From NCBI GenBank assembly GCA_002269645.1, contig NIVC01003924.1, positions 5,407 to 69,406 of the forward strand: DNA of 64,000 bases, in the 5' to 3' direction. The notes beneath the pieces are model-generated. The model was not told the DNA's origin. It did no database searches and was given only the letters and a program-made list of their open reading frames with translations. A program made the translations under genes and the position numbers. The stretch is from Macrostomum lignano. Taxonomy: Eukaryota. Shown here piece after piece: positions 48,460-62,000 of the stretch (positions are counted from its first letter, which is position 1; each line of letters opens with the position of its first letter).

Positions 48460-48720
48460 ACAAACCCGAAATATCATAACTCCGAAAGTTCTAGCAATGT
48501 CCAACACTATTTTGGTTTTCGGAGTATTTCGGGTTTATGATAGGCGTTGCTATTAATTTCGGAGTTTTGATTTTTCTAGGGTTTATGATATTTCGGGTTT
48601 ATGATGGGAAGTGCTTTCAGAGTTGTGAGTTTTCGGGTTTATGATATTTCGGGTTTGTGATATTTCGGGTTTATGATGGGAAGTGCTTTCGGAGTTGTGA
48701 GTTTTCGGGTTTATGATGGC
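48460..48720. repeat. Degenerate TTTCGGGTTTATGAT repeats with one inverted copy
   Basis: ACAAACCCGAAATATCATAACTCCGAAA is inverted relative to the downstream units. Confidence 0.6.
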
Positions 48721-49519
48721 GACCCGTGGAGACAGAGTCAGTAAACTCCGCTCCACAGAGTGAAAAGAGAGAGGAACGACAGAAAAGTTGCTAAAACTTG
48801 TTCGGTAGCATTTCCTGCGAATTAACCTTCGAGATTTGTTTCTTTTTAAAATTTCCATCTTTAGCCTCCCGTCCAGATATTTGACTAAGAGACGTCCATG
48901 GCGGTCCCTCCGGCCACCGGCTGCTTGGGCGGGGCAGATATCCCATGGGGGGGGGCTATGCCTTGCGGCAACTGCCGCCGGCTCTGGCGGGGGGCTGGGT
49001 GGCATAGTGATCGTAAATCACCTGAACTGGCCGAACTGACCAGTGGGAGCAGCACTGGACTGGGAGGGAATATTTTTGACGACTTTCGTTAGAGTAATTG
49101 AAAATAAGCTTCAGTCCGGCAGCACTGCCAGGGGACCGGGGGGTTGCAATAATTCATGACAGGTATTCATAATTAATGAAGCATATTTCATACGGCCTGG
49201 GGCCTGAGTGGGATAAGGTTGGCAAGAGTTACGGGGTCCCAGCTGGCCCTCCGGTGCCAAACCTGTGCTCCAACAGCAGGCTGCACCGATGCATCCGTTT
49301 CAAGATGCTATCTCGACTTGCTCATGATTCAAATTACATTACCGTAGCAACGAGTAGAGTCCGTAGTTGCTAAATCAATTTTTTAATTTGAATTTTTTAA
49401 TTGAGTTTTAAATTATTTAAAATATGGTTCCAATCGAGTCTAGGAATTCAAAACAGTCCCGTGACTTGCCCCTTAGTGCGGTCACCTCAGGGAGACACTT
49501 TAATTTCAATGAGATTGGA

Positions 49520-51112
49520 CACCATAACACCATAACACCATAACACCATAACACCATAACACCATAGTACCATAACACCATAACACCATAATACTACAGC
49601 ACCATAACACTATAACACAATAACACCATAACACCTTAACACCATAACACCATAACATCATAACACCATAGTACCATAACACCATAACACCATAACACCA
49701 TAGTACCATAACACCATAACACCATAACACCATAATACTACAGCACCATAACACCATAACACCATAACACCATAACACCATAACACCATAACACCATAAC
49801 ACCATAATACAATAGTACCATAACACCATAACACCATAACACCATAACACCATAACACCATAACACCATAACACCATAATACTACAGCACCATAACACCA
49901 TAGTACCATAACACCAAAACACCATAACACCAAAACACCATAACACCATAACACCATAGCACCATAACACCATAACACCATAACACCATAACACCATAGT
50001 ACCATAACACCAAAACACCATAACACCATAACACCATAACACCATAGCACCATAACACCATAACACCATAACACCATAACACTATATCACCATAACACCA
50101 TAGCACCATAACACCATAACACCATAACACCATAGCACCATAACACCATAACACCATAACACCATAACACCATAACACCATAACACCATAGCACCATAAC
50201 ACCATAACACCATAACACCATAACACCATAACACCATAGTACCATAACACCAAAACACCATAACACCATAACACCATAACACCAAAACACCATAACACCA
50301 TAACACCATAACACCATAACACTATATCACCATAACACCATAGCACCATAACACCATAACACCATAACACCATAGCACCATAACACCATAACACCATAAC
50401 ACCATAACACCATAACACCATAACACCATAACACCATAACACCATAACACCAAAACACCATAACACCATAACACCATAACACCATAGCACCATAACACCA
50501 TAACACCATAACACCATAACACTATATCACCATAACACCATAGCACCATAACACCATAACACCATAACACCATAGCACCATAACACCATAACACCATAAC
50601 ACCATAACACCATAACACCATAACACCATAACACCATAACACCATAACACCATAACACCATAACACCATAGTACCATAACACCATAACACCATAACACCA
50701 TAGTACCATAACACCATAACACCATAACACCATAATACTACAGCACCATAACACCATAACACCATAACACCATAACACCATAACACCATAAAACCATAAC
50801 ACCATAACACCATAACACCATAACACCATAACACCATAACACCATAGTACCATAACACCATAACACCATAACACCATAGTACCATAACACCATAACACCA
50901 TAACACCATAATACTACAGCACCATAACACCATAACACCATAACACCATAACACCATAACACCATAACACCATAACACCATAACACCATAACACCATAAC
51001 ACCATAACACCATAACACCATAACACCATAACACCATAACACCATAACACCATAACACCATTATACCATAAAACCATAACACCATAACACCATAACACCA
51101 TAACACCATAAC
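49520..51112 (+). repeat. 8-bp satellite (ACCATAAC)n
   Basis: About 200 copies. Confidence 0.97.
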
Positions 51113-52888
51113 AATAGAAACAGAGTGAAAAATGAGATTGACATTATTGGTTTGATCTGTCAACAATGCTAGCTACGTACATGATTTAATCTGAGCGACT
51201 TCGAGTTCTTCAGTCAAAGATTGAATGCACATCGCAAGTCTGTTTCCCCTCTACGGAGTTACGCGGCTGACATTCTATCCTGAAATGTTTTTTGTCACCT
51301 TTGGTGGCGTCTCCGCATTGCTGCATCCAGTTTATCCCGGCTAGCAGCTATGCTTCTTTACAATTCTTCATCAATGAAGGAAGCTGGAGGGGGGCTGATT
51401 GTTTTTCTTTTCGCACGACTGTCCCTCCCTGTAGACAGCAGAAGCTGGAGCAGAAGCTGGCAGAAGCTGGCATATTTCTGTCGAAAGTTTTTTCTCTCTT
51501 ACTGCTTTATCTTCTAGGAGAAGAAGATGGAAAGGAAGCAAGACTTGACGCCGCCAGAAGAGAGGCGCAAAAAGTCTATCTGTATATAAAGGAGGGCCTC
51601 TCTCGCTTTGTTGGCACAACAGGGGATCGTGTTTCGAATATATCGGACCCGTTAGTAACATCTGGGGGCGGCTGAAAAGGACCAGGGAGCCTGACCTAGG
51701 GGGAGAACCCACCCAGATTCAACTCTCGTGTAGAATTTTTTGCACCCTCTCTTGTGAATGCGAATATTGCGGTCATTCCGATGCATGGGAAAGAGCATCT
51801 ATAGACAGTTGCTTGCAGCTTGCTCAATGTAATTCTCTCAGCCTCCGCTGTCTCTTGTTTTCCCACACTACTGATTGCATTTCAAGCCCGACTTTCTTGT
51901 TGTCAGGAGAAACCACACGAACGATTAGAAAGTCAGGGCCACTGTACATGCACCCTGAGTGAGCCTGTGTACAGTATTGGTGCGCTTGCAGGTGCTCAGG
52001 AGTCAGGCGGAATGGGCAGAATCGCTGTCAGCGCTGCTTGTGGGCTGATGTCCCCGAAGACGTTGTGTCAGGGTGCCCGCAGCCGTGTTGCGAGTATTAA
52101 TTGCATATAATTATTTTTAAAGTAGGACAAGCTTCCATGTTAAAGTCATTCGGGAGTCTGGATTGCTTTGTCCACGTCAACTTGCTTGGGGAAATTTTCA
52201 GAAAAGGTCGCCGAAACGGGTACCGAGGTGCAGAAATATCGCCTGCGGCGCAAAAAACATTGGGCTTAATGGTTGTAAGAATTTTATTATTTTATTTTCC
52301 TCTGTTCTCCCAGTGTAGGAAAGTCGGATCCTAAGCGACGCCCACCAAAACCGACTGGCTTTCTTATTGTCCGGCAGTGTACACTCAGTGTGATTTGGGG
52401 CTTGACTGCCTTATAAGGGCGATACGCTTTGACATTCGCTAATGTCTACTATTAAGAGTGGCTCAGTAGTATTCTGGGAGTGAAACAACTATTTTATTAA
52501 CGACACTAGACTACGTTTTCACAAGATTTTGAAGTATTACGTAGATTTCGCGAATCAGGCAGATTCATCCATATTTATTTATTTATAGCTCGTAGTTTTC
52601 ATTTGAAGTAATTTTAATGTTAAATAATTCTGTGCACTAAAACTCACAAAAATGAAAACAGACGATATGCACGCTGCTTGCAAACAAGCGCATGCAAATA
52701 ACTGGAAGTGCGAGGCGGCGGGCGAGATGAGGCAAATGGGGTGTCATGACTTCCTAGTACAATTGGAATTAAAGCCAGTGAAAAGCGATTATTAGCATAG
52801 ATAATTGAAAGCAATGTGACTCTAATGAAGACATTGAATAACCATTAAGGTTGCAAGCGCATCTGCATGCATCTCTGCCTTCCGAAGT

Positions 52889-53795
52889 AAAATGCACTGG
52901 CGAGATGGGAAGTTTCCAGTTATTCAGCACTGAATCCCCAATATCTCACCTGCTGGACTTCCGAATTGCAGATGCAGCCAGCACGTGTTTTGTCCGAGCT
53001 GCGCTCACAAGTTTATCAAGCTGCTTTTTCATGAACTGCTGCCGGAGACCGGCAAGCAAGCAAGCAAAGTTGCGGCGAAATTGCAGCTGCTCCTGTCTCT
53101 GCAGTGTTTTGTCTGGACGGATTTGTCTATGGCCAAACCCCACTCAAAGCAAAACTGCAAAATCCCTTTAGAAAACACAAGTGTCTCTGATCTTTGCCGC
53201 TCTCTAAAAATACTTTTTCAAATTTTTCACGACGAACTTGTGAGCGCAGCTCGGACAAAACACCTGCTGGCTGCATCTGAAATTCGGAAATCCAGCAGGT
53301 GAGGCATTGGGAATTCAGTGCTGAGAAACTAAAAAACTTCCCATCTCACCAATGCATTTCGCTGCGAAATCTGCGAGTGCAGCGTCCTTCTGCATTTGTC
53401 CTCCATTGGATGAGGACAGGAAATGAGTAGCAAAAATGAAATCAAATTCAATCAATGCTTTACGTTTGCATTGGCGGGAGAGAAAATGCCAGTTTTGCCG
53501 GGCTAACTTTGCACGGAACTCTCCTGGTTCTTCTCTAATCGGATTTTTCAAAACGGATATTTGTTGGCTTTTGACCGAGAAAAAAATACCATTTTGAGAA
53601 ATCCTTGAAAGGTACTTTTCTGTAAGTTTGCTAGAGACAGTTCTGGCACTATGGGGGCCTGATTATTTGAGTACTAACCATGGTCAACTCTGCTTAACTA
53701 GCAGCCCTAGAGGTGAATGCGCTAACCTCGGACAATAAAACAATAATTTACTGTTAAAAAATACTGGAACTTCCTATCTCGCCAATGCATTTTGC
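52889..53795. mobile_element. Foldback/MITE-like dispersed repeat, copy 1
   Basis: Has terminal and internal inverted arms. About 760 bp is nearly identical to 61035-61790. Confidence 0.7.
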
Positions 53796-53839
53796 AACTG
53801 AGTCGATTTGTTACACTTGAGCTGTCTGATGGCTCAGCT

Positions 53840-54069
53840 TCACAGCTGCACCTCGGCCGTATTCTCGGACAGGAAGTAAATTCTCCTGCCCGTGCCGGGC
53901 TCCGTCATCAGCTCGTCGGGCGACTGGAAGCTGGTCTGGGTGACGCAGTCGTTCTGGTAGACGTTGTTAGTCTGCGTTGAACACTGAGACCTTACTGGAC
54001 TTTCGGCTGGGCCAGAGGCAGGTTGTACCAGCTCCTGCGATGGCGTCTGCAGCAGCCCGACCAGCTCAA
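53840..54069 (-). CDS. mtt: mGluR-like probable last exon (C-terminal tail ending EVQL*)
   Basis: Phase-1 acceptor TTCACTCCAG|TT is compatible with the previous donor. Confidence 0.65.
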
Positions 54070-54263
54070 CTGGAGTGAAATGGTTGTTGGAATGTCGAAT
54101 AGCAGTCAGCAAGCCAAAGGGTAAGAGACTTACTGAATTCCTAAATAGTTGAGATTTTAAACAATTTTTTGCTGACCTGCAGACCCTTTAGCTAAGATCA
54201 CAGTGTGTTGCTACCTGCCCTTCACACCTGTTTTCCAAAGGCGTATACAGTATATGCACTCAC

Positions 54264-54879
54264 CATCCGCCTGAGTGCTGATGTCTGCAGTGTGCTGCAC
54301 CTGCCGTGCGCTGCCACTGCCGCCGGCTCCTTCGCCGCTCTCGTCCATTCGTCCGGAGCAGTGGTTCACGCTGCCGGCTACGCTACCGTCTCTGGTTGTG
54401 GATGCCAGAGGCTGCATGCTGAGCTGCTGCGGCTGTTGCGGCTGCCGCTTGTTGGCCGTCGTCATCATGGACTGGCGGACATTCTGCTCCGGCCTGAGCA
54501 GTATAATGTAGAGTTTCGGGCCGAACAGGCAGGCCAGAGAGACTGTAGCCGACAAAGATATGGAGAAGCACAGGGTTGCTATGCGGATGTGGATAAACGC
54601 GGCTGTGGAGAAATAACAGGGCAGGAAGCCCAGCCAGATGACGCAGGTGCTGTACATTGTGAAGCCGATGTGCTTGCTCTCGTTGAACGATTCCGGTATG
54701 TTGCGAGTCAGACAGGCATAGAATGTGCAGACTACTATTAGTAGCATCGGGTGCGCCAGGCCAACCAAGTACAGAGAGCCGACCAGAGACGCGCACACCA
54801 GCTGGTGCTTGTCACGCGACGGGTAGTGGCTGACGGCCTTCGGAGCTTCGATTTGCATCCAAACTATGAGGACGGCGGC
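54264..54879 (-). CDS. mtt: mGluR-like exon, TM4-TM7 and proximal tail
   Basis: Contains TRNIPESFNESKHIGFTMYSTCVIWLGFLP and LACLFGPKLYIILLRPEQN. Donor G|GTGAGT. Confidence 0.95.
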
Positions 54880-54930
54880 CTGTGGATTGTGGGTGGGAGA
54901 CTCTCGTGAGCAAAGGTTGCTTTGAAGGGC

Positions 54931-55300
54931 AGGGCAGCTCGGTGGTAAAAGCGCGTCTGGACTCTCGCGCCACGACCCCTGGTTCGAGTCCGTGCTAGGC
55001 CGCATTCATTTGGGGTTTGTGTGTGCACGAAAATTGGCCAGGGGGATGCTGTGCGATTCACACCCATGAGGGCCAAACCCCAAGGCACCGAGAGTGTACA
55101 TGCCTGACGATTAGAACGTCAAAGGGCCGCTGTGCACCCTGTGTGAGCGTGTGCCCGCGTGCACTGTGACGAAACTCTTTCGACGACATCGTCCCACAAC
55201 CAGCGCTGAGTCAATTCGATCTCTGAGCACATGCAAGTGCGCCAATACTGTACGCAGACACGCACTCAGTCACACGGTCACACAGGGCTTGGTGACGTTT
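54931..55300 (+). mobile_element. tRNA-derived SINE-like element (most complete copy)
   Basis: A-box-like CAGCTCGGTGG and B-box GGTTCGAGTCC (54981). The body GACGATTAGAA.GTCAAAGGGCC..CACCCTGTGTGAGCG is shared with copies at ~2735-2890, ~51925-52100, ~58765-59010 (+) and ~60500-60660 (-). Confidence 0.65.
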
Positions 55301-55909
55301 TTCTTTAAAGACCTTCCTAATCGTGTGTTTTTGTTGCTGTTCAGTCGAGGACATGATGTTTTTCCTGCAGAAAACTCCACCTTAACGAGTGAACGAACGA
55401 AGGATGGAAATCCTGACTCGCCGCGCTCCGCACAAAAAATGAGTGGAAAATTGGATCAAAGTTCGTATTGTTAATTAGCAAGTTGATTTCCTGATAGCAG
55501 CTGTCTGGTAAGTTGCGATGTAAGCACGTTGGTTAATTATTTTCCTTCTTGTGAAGATGCTAAAAGTACAAATCCTTATTTAGACCTCGCAGTCCAAGGC
55601 AAAGCAGGCTGCTCTACCGGGCTTTTGAATCGATCTCATAGATTTTTCGATTCACACCTGTCTAATAGACTCACTTGGACAACTCAAGCAGAAGGACGCT
55701 GCACTCTCATAAAGTCTGTAAAGACCTGAAGAATTGGTTGCATTAATAACAGAGCTCGCTGAGCACTGAGGTAGGTGTAAATAATATATTGAGTGCAAAA
55801 GCATTGGTGATAAGTTGAATTGAGCTTCGAACAGATGATCGGCACTGGTCTGTCGAGAAAATTTGTAAATTCTGACTCAAGCTCGCACATAGAATGAGCT
55901 GCTTCTTAC

Positions 55910-56679
55910 CTGAACGGCCATCACCAGGCAGAACATGACCACCTGCGACAGCGGCGAGATGAACATCGGCCGTTTAATAGTCTTCCTGCCCGCGCGGAAG
56001 ATTCTCTCGATCCGGTTGGTCTTGATCAGCAGGGCGGAGTAGCAGACTGAGAAGGCAAAGCCGACTCCGAACTGCTGCATGCCGCACAGCCAGCCAGTGG
56101 GCTTAGCGCACAGCACGAAGGTCATGGCGTAGCAGAGCAGGATGCCCAGCAGCAGCAGGAACGACAGCTCCTTGCCGGACGCCTTAACCACGGCGGTCTC
56201 CCTGAAGCGGACGAACACGGCCAAGGCGAAGCACGTGACCAGCACGCCGATGGAGGCGAACGCCAGGGCCGCGGCCGCGATCGGGTGGTCGTAGGTCAGG
56301 TACTCCAAGGCGATGTCCTCGCAGCGTGATCGATCCAATGACGGGCGTTGGCCTTCTTTACAGTCGACGCACTGCTCGCGGTCGGCGCTGACGATGGCGT
56401 ACTCGCCGCACTCGACGCAGACCCAGCAGCGGCACTCGCCCGGGTTGATCTGCCGCTTGGCGCCGACCTGGCAGGCCGGCTGGCAGGCTGACAATGGTGG
56501 AGCGGCGGCGCCGCCGCGAAACCTCAGCAGGTCGGGCTCCAGACGCAGCCGCTCGTTGTCGTACAGGCCGACCTGGACCCACTCGTAGCCGGAGGGGCTC
56601 TTCTGAAAATTGAGCACCCTGTAGCGAGGCGGGCCGTCCGAGTTGAACTGAGTGAACTCGAAGTTCATGCCAGTCAGGC
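55910..56679 (-). CDS. mtt: mGluR-like exon, Cys-rich domain and TM1-TM4
   Basis: Phase-1 acceptor GACAG|GC. Contains SACQPAC, CRCWVCVEC, TAVVKASGKELS and ALLIKTNRIERIF. Donor CAG|GTAAGA. Confidence 0.95.
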
Positions 56680-57011
56680 CTGTCAATGGGGCATTGTAGA
56701 GTTTTTCTAGTAGTATATTATCTAGACTAGAAGGACGCAGCACTTTCAAATCGTGGAAAAAAATCCAAGGCCGATTATTAGAATGTCTGTATCTCCGAAT
56801 CGATTCCTTGCAGGTTACTTTTCTCGTCAGATTGTTCAGATATTTGTCCCCTACCAAGCAAGTCATTAATTTATTTTCAAACTAGATGTAGGTGCAAGAA
56901 AAATCCTGAACAATGGAGACACTCTATATTTAGGTGCGTTTGGTAGTCAAGTCTTTAATTTTAAGGAAGCAATAAAGTAGCCGAAAACATAGACTCAATT
57001 TTTTGTTAATA

Positions 57012-58005
57012 TACCTTTTCAACTTCGGAGTCGTCAAAAGTGAGTTCAAATTCGTCAGCGTATGCAAAACTGTATAGCGCTCAAGGGGAAGAGAATGAGT
57101 GTCTATGGTAAATTTTTAGAGAAAGTGACTTCGAATTTGTCTAAGTAAGTGAAATTCGTCAGTGCAAATACAGCCTGATCAGAAAAAGTGTTTGCTTTGT
57201 CCATGGTAAGAAAAGAAGATTTCTATGGTAAATTTAAGTAAGAAAAAGAGTGAAGTTCGTCTGTGGAAAAGTATCCGAATTTCTTGAAATCTTCATGTCA
57301 TGCTTTGATTGGTGTCAGAGATGCTCTACATGAGAATTTCGTCTGTGGATCGCTCTAGATTCGTGCGATGTTTTCAACAAGGACGAGACTGGAGACAACT
57401 CGCAATTGAACTGGATATGAAGAGGACAACTGCCAGTGACATCATCAGGAGATATGTATATGAGGGTAGGATTGATCTTAACGCGTGTGGCGGTGCAGTG
57501 AGACCAAAGTTTTCTGAGGAGATGCTCGGGGCGTTGACGAGGTATGTGGAAGAGAAGCCGACTGTGACCCTCAAGAAATGCAGCAAAAAGCTTGTTGGAG
57601 ATTTTCCTGCTGCTCCTGCTGTGACAACACAGGCAATCAGTCGTCGGCTTGACGGGACTTTGTGCGTTACATTGGCTGTTTGTTGTCATGTAGGGCATCT
57701 CTGACAACAATCAAAGCATGAAATGAAGATTTCAGGAAATTGGGCTACTTTTCCACAGACGAACTTCAACTCACTTTCTTACTTAAATTTACCATAAACA
57801 CCTTTTCTTACCATGGACAAAGCAAACACTTTTTCTGATCAGGCTGTATTTGCACTGACGAATTTCACTTACTTAGACGAATTCGAAGTCACTTTCTCTA
57901 AAAACTTACCATAGACACTCCTTCTCTTCCCCTTGAGCGCTATATAGTTTTGCATACGCTGACGAATTTGAACTCACTTTTGACGACTCCGAAGTTGAAA
58001 AGGTA
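57012..58005 (+). mobile_element. IS630/Tc1/mariner-type deletion derivative with ~312-bp TIRs and TA TSD
   Basis: 57012-57324 is the reverse complement of 57695-58005, and TA flanks both ends. The internal ORF encodes only the N-terminal HTH region. Confidence 0.85.
57321..57704 (+). pseudogene. Truncated Tc1/IS630-like transposase (paired HTH only)
   Basis: R..F...FQQG.DWRQLA.ELDMKRTTASDIIRRY..EG....GG..RPK...YVEEKPTVTL......ISRRL; there is no DDE domain. Confidence 0.75.
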
Positions 58006-59327
58006 TATAATAGTACGCTCGTAGTCTCATTACCAGAGACGTGTTTCTGAAAATATTTGAAGCCTAGAGACCATATACAGGAGCCGAACACATTGGTCCA
58101 TTTCCTTGAAAATCTGTCTCACAAGATGCCCAGTCATTCTAAAAAATGAGTGAGCAAAAAAAGTCAATAAACACTTTTAAAACAATAAAGACTTCTCTTC
58201 TGATTCTGACACGAATCCAGAGTGTAACGTCCTTCTGTAACCAAGTGTTCCTAGTGGTCTTTGTACCTACTATGGCAGCTCAAGATGTACTTGAATAGTT
58301 CCTCAGTTGAGTGCTAGCAGTGCAAGGCCATAACTCTCGTACTCGTATCTCGCAGCTCTTCAGATAGCACTCGTATTTCTTCGATCGGGGGGGGGGCGGC
58401 TATTCATTCTTTTATCAGCTGCTCTGCATCAATTTTCAGCAATCTGGACTTGCAGGCCTCTATTCAGCTATTGTAGAGATAATCTGCATCAAGCAGCAAC
58501 TATGGGGATTACTAAGGGAATTGCGATCGAGTCCCTCTGCTAGCCGTTGCTATTTGTTTCGTTAGGCGCGCGCTCTGGAGAAACAGAATTAGATAATTAA
58601 GCCGATATGTTGCTAGCGATCTGTGTGCTGTCAGCCAGAAATCTATTTTAGTCAAACAGACAAATAAATAACCTGCAGAAAGTCAACCAAATCGAAAAAA
58701 ACCCTCATTTAGGAGACGACAAAAACATCTATTGAAATAGATGATTTATTTGGGTTCGTCGTGCGATTCAAACCCTGAGGACCAACCCCCATGACACTTA
58801 GAGTGTACATGCCTGACGATTAGAAAGTCAAAGGGCCGCTGTACACCCTGTGTGAGCGTGTGTATCATTGCGTGCCTGCGCACAGTATTGGTGCGCTTGT
58901 ATGTTGCTCAGGAGTCAGCGGAATGAGCAGAACTGCCGTCAGCGCTGGTTATGGGGCCATTTCAGGGTGCCCGTAGGCCTTCTGCGAATATTATTATTGA
59001 TCCGACTCTCAACACCGACACACAAGCGTGGACTTCGTGCATGTTTTCCCTTGTTCTTGCTCTGAAGAAATCGGATTTTTCTCGCCCCGATTTGTCTATG
59101 GCAAATCCTCATCCAGCGCTATGCGCTCTCTGGAGTACACTAAGATACGAAAAACAGGCGTTCCCTATCAGTCTCCAGCCATTTCTAAGAATATCAAGTG
59201 TAGCGACGTTCTGCTTCAGCTGACTATGGTTTACTAGTGCGTCTGATGCTAACCCTCTCCTCTCTTTGCTTCTTTGCTATAATACGCAATTCCTAGAACA
59301 GTAAGTATCACAGCAAGTCTAACTCAC

Positions 59328-59439
59328 CCGTGAAGGTGACCGTCTTCAGCTCCTGCAACAATTCGGCCCCATTCGTAGCCAGATGCTCAATGCATTGCTC
59401 TCTGCTCAGGCCTTTAGTGCAGACCTTCTGACGCATGTT
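59328..59439 (-). CDS. mtt: mGluR-like exon, NMRQKVC..NGAELLQELKTVTFTG
   Basis: Not in the ORF track; found by reading the minus strand. Acceptor TGTAG|AAC and phase-1 donor G|GTGAG. Confidence 0.88.
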
Positions 59440-59519
59440 CTACAATGCATTGCGGATTGATGCTTAAATATCTAGTATTGTTACAAGTGAGTCTGTGAGA
59501 TTTGTCCGCCGAGCTTTGC

Positions 59520-59870
59520 CAGCCACAGATGGGACGCCAGCTACAGATGGGACGCCAGCTACAGATGGGACGCCAGCTACAGATGGGACGCCAGCTACAG
59601 AGAAGGCGCCAGCTACAGAGAAGGCGCCAGCTACAGAGGAGGCGCCAGCTACAGAGAAGACACCAGCTACAGAGAAGGCACCAGCTACAGAGAAGGCACC
59701 AGCTACAGAGAAGGCACCAGCTACAGAGAAGGCGCCAGCTACAGAGGAGGCGCCAGCTACAGAGAAGACACCAGCTACAGAGAAGGCACCAGCTACAGAG
59801 AAGGCGCCAGCTACAGAGGAGGCGCCAGCTACAGAGAAGGCACCAGCTACAGAGGGGGCGCCAGCTACAT
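59520..59870 (+). repeat. 18-bp minisatellite (CCAGCTACAGAKRRGRCR)
   Basis: About 20 copies, intronic. Confidence 0.93.
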
Positions 59871-60107
59871 AAGGGGCGTTAGCTACAGGGACACAGACTA
59901 TAAAGGACTCTGTGACTGCTGCTGGAAGCGGGCTGCATCGAGCTGCTTGACAGCGAGTTCACCAATAGGCTTGCTGACTGTCCTCGTCTCAGAAGATACT
60001 GTAGGCGGGAAAATCCCCAGGAGCCAAAATTCACGGCAGCCATTTCTCGTGCTCCCACCACGGATTCCAACTAATTGCTATACGCTAGCCAGAGCGCTAA
60101 AGCTCAC

Positions 60108-60398
60108 CTTCAGAGCCACGGCGAAAGCCATGACGGCATCGCTGACGAACTGCAGCTGCTGCTCGAGCAGGAACTTGCTATCGGTCTCGGCCATGCGCAG
60201 GTGTGGCGAGCAGCTGCTGTAGTACTGCTGGTTGTAGGGCGTCTCCGTGGCCCAGGGCAGTCGGCATTCGAAGTAGTCTTCCCAGAACTCGGTGAACCAC
60301 GGGTTTCGAGTGTTGTCAGCCGGCGTGAGGCCGAGAAAGTAGCGCTTGAACCCTTCGACCTCTTTGGCCAGCGGCTGCACCGTGACGGCGCCTTCTAC
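60108..60398 (-). CDS. mtt: mGluR-like exon, VEGAVTVQP..RNPWFTEFWE..LQFVSDAVMAFA
   Basis: Acceptor TTCCAG|GTA and donor AAG|GTGAGC; 97 codons. Confidence 0.93.
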
Positions 60399-61029
60399 CT
60401 GGAATTGTGGGGTGTTTGTTTCTTTCGATAGCAGTCTTCACTTGCAGTTTCTGGTTTATCTACTGTAAAACTATGCAGGTATATATAAATATATTCGCAG
60501 TAGGGCTGCGGGCACCATCGTCCCACAACCAATTCCGCTGACACGTGAGCTCATACTCACACAACTCAAGCGCTCATACAGGGTGTAGAGCTGCCCTTCG
60601 ACTTTCCAATCGTCAGCCAAATGAATGCGGCCGCGCACGGAGTCGAAGTAAGGGACGCTTGCCGCTTAGCTGGTTTCTTTCCTATAAATGACTCTACGCT
60701 GGCAGTTTCAAAGCTCACATTTCTTTCCCATTAATAGTGCATCAGTTGTCATGCGAGCTGTCTTGAATCGATAAATCGCAGCCATTCAGAGAAATTTGTA
60801 GAGCTTTCTATGCTTTACGAAATCGGACGCTAGCTAGCGGGAACATCGCAATGAGTTTCGGTTGAATCAAATCCATCGATCTAAGGGATTTCTGCCAGGA
60901 ATCAATTTTAGCTCGTAAGACGAAGAGAGTCCGTATCGAATTACCTGAGTACCGTCTGTCAGGCCTGACTTACTTGGACAGATGAAGCAGAAGGACGCTG
61001 CTCGTGAAAATCGTGCAACTTTCGCATGC

Positions 61030-62000
61030 GAAATGAGATGGGACGTTTCCGTTTTTCAGCACTGAATTCCCAATGCTCACCTGCTGGACTTCCGAATTGC
61101 AAATGCAGCCAGCAGGTGTTTTGTCCGAGCTGCGCTCACAAGTTTATCAAGCTGCTTTTTCATGAACTGCTGCCGGAGACCGGCAAGCAAGCAAGCAGTT
61201 GCGGCGAATTGCAGCTGCTCCTGTCTCTGCAGTGTTTTGTCTGGACGGATTTGTCTATGGCCAAACCCCACTCAAAGCAAAACTGCAAAATCCCTTTAGA
61301 AAACACAAGTGTCCCTGATCTTTGCCGCTCTCTAAAAATACTTTTTCAAATTTTTCACGACGAACTTGTGAGCGCAGCTCGGACAAAACACCTGCTGGCT
61401 GCATCTGAAATTCGGAAATCCAGCAGGTGAGGCATTGGGAATTCAGTGCTGAGAAACTAAAAAACTTCCCATCTCACCAATGCAGTTCGCTGCGAAATCT
61501 GCGAGTGCAGCGTCCTTCTGCATTTGTCCTCCATTGGATGAGGACAGGAAATGAGTAGCAAAAATGAAATCAAATTCAATCACTGCTTTACGCTTGCATT
61601 GGCGGGAGAGAAAATGCCAGTTTTGCCGGGCTAAATTTGCACGGAACTGTCCTGCTTCTTCTCTAATCGGATTTCGCAAAACGGATATTTGTTGGCTTTT
61701 GACCGAGAAAAAAATACCATTTTGAGAAGTCCTTGAAAGGTACTTTTCTGTAAGTTTGCTAGAGACAGTTCGGGCACTGTGGGGGCCTGAAACAAAAATG
61801 TCTCTTATCTTCGCCGCGCTATAATAATACTTTTTAAAAACATTTTTAAAACGAAATTGTCTACGCAGCTCGGGCAAAACACCTGCTGGCTGCATTTGCA
61901 ATTCAGAAGTCCAGCAGGTGAGATGTTGGGAATTCAGCACTGCTAAAAACTGAAAGCTTCCCATCTCGACAATGCTTTTCGCAAGGAGATCTGCATGGTT
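61030..62000. mobile_element. Foldback/MITE-like dispersed repeat, copy 2
   Basis: Same orientation as copy 1, with three arms of the CTCACCTGCTGGACTTCCGAATTGC..GTGTTTTGTCCGAGCTGCG motif. Confidence 0.7.

Noticed and set aside
49506-51166. MVLWCYGV ORFs; likewise the ORFs over the arrays at 35.6-36.2, 37.7-40.6, 41.7-42.4, 59.5-59.9 and 62.5-64 kb
   Set aside because: They are translations of simple repeats.
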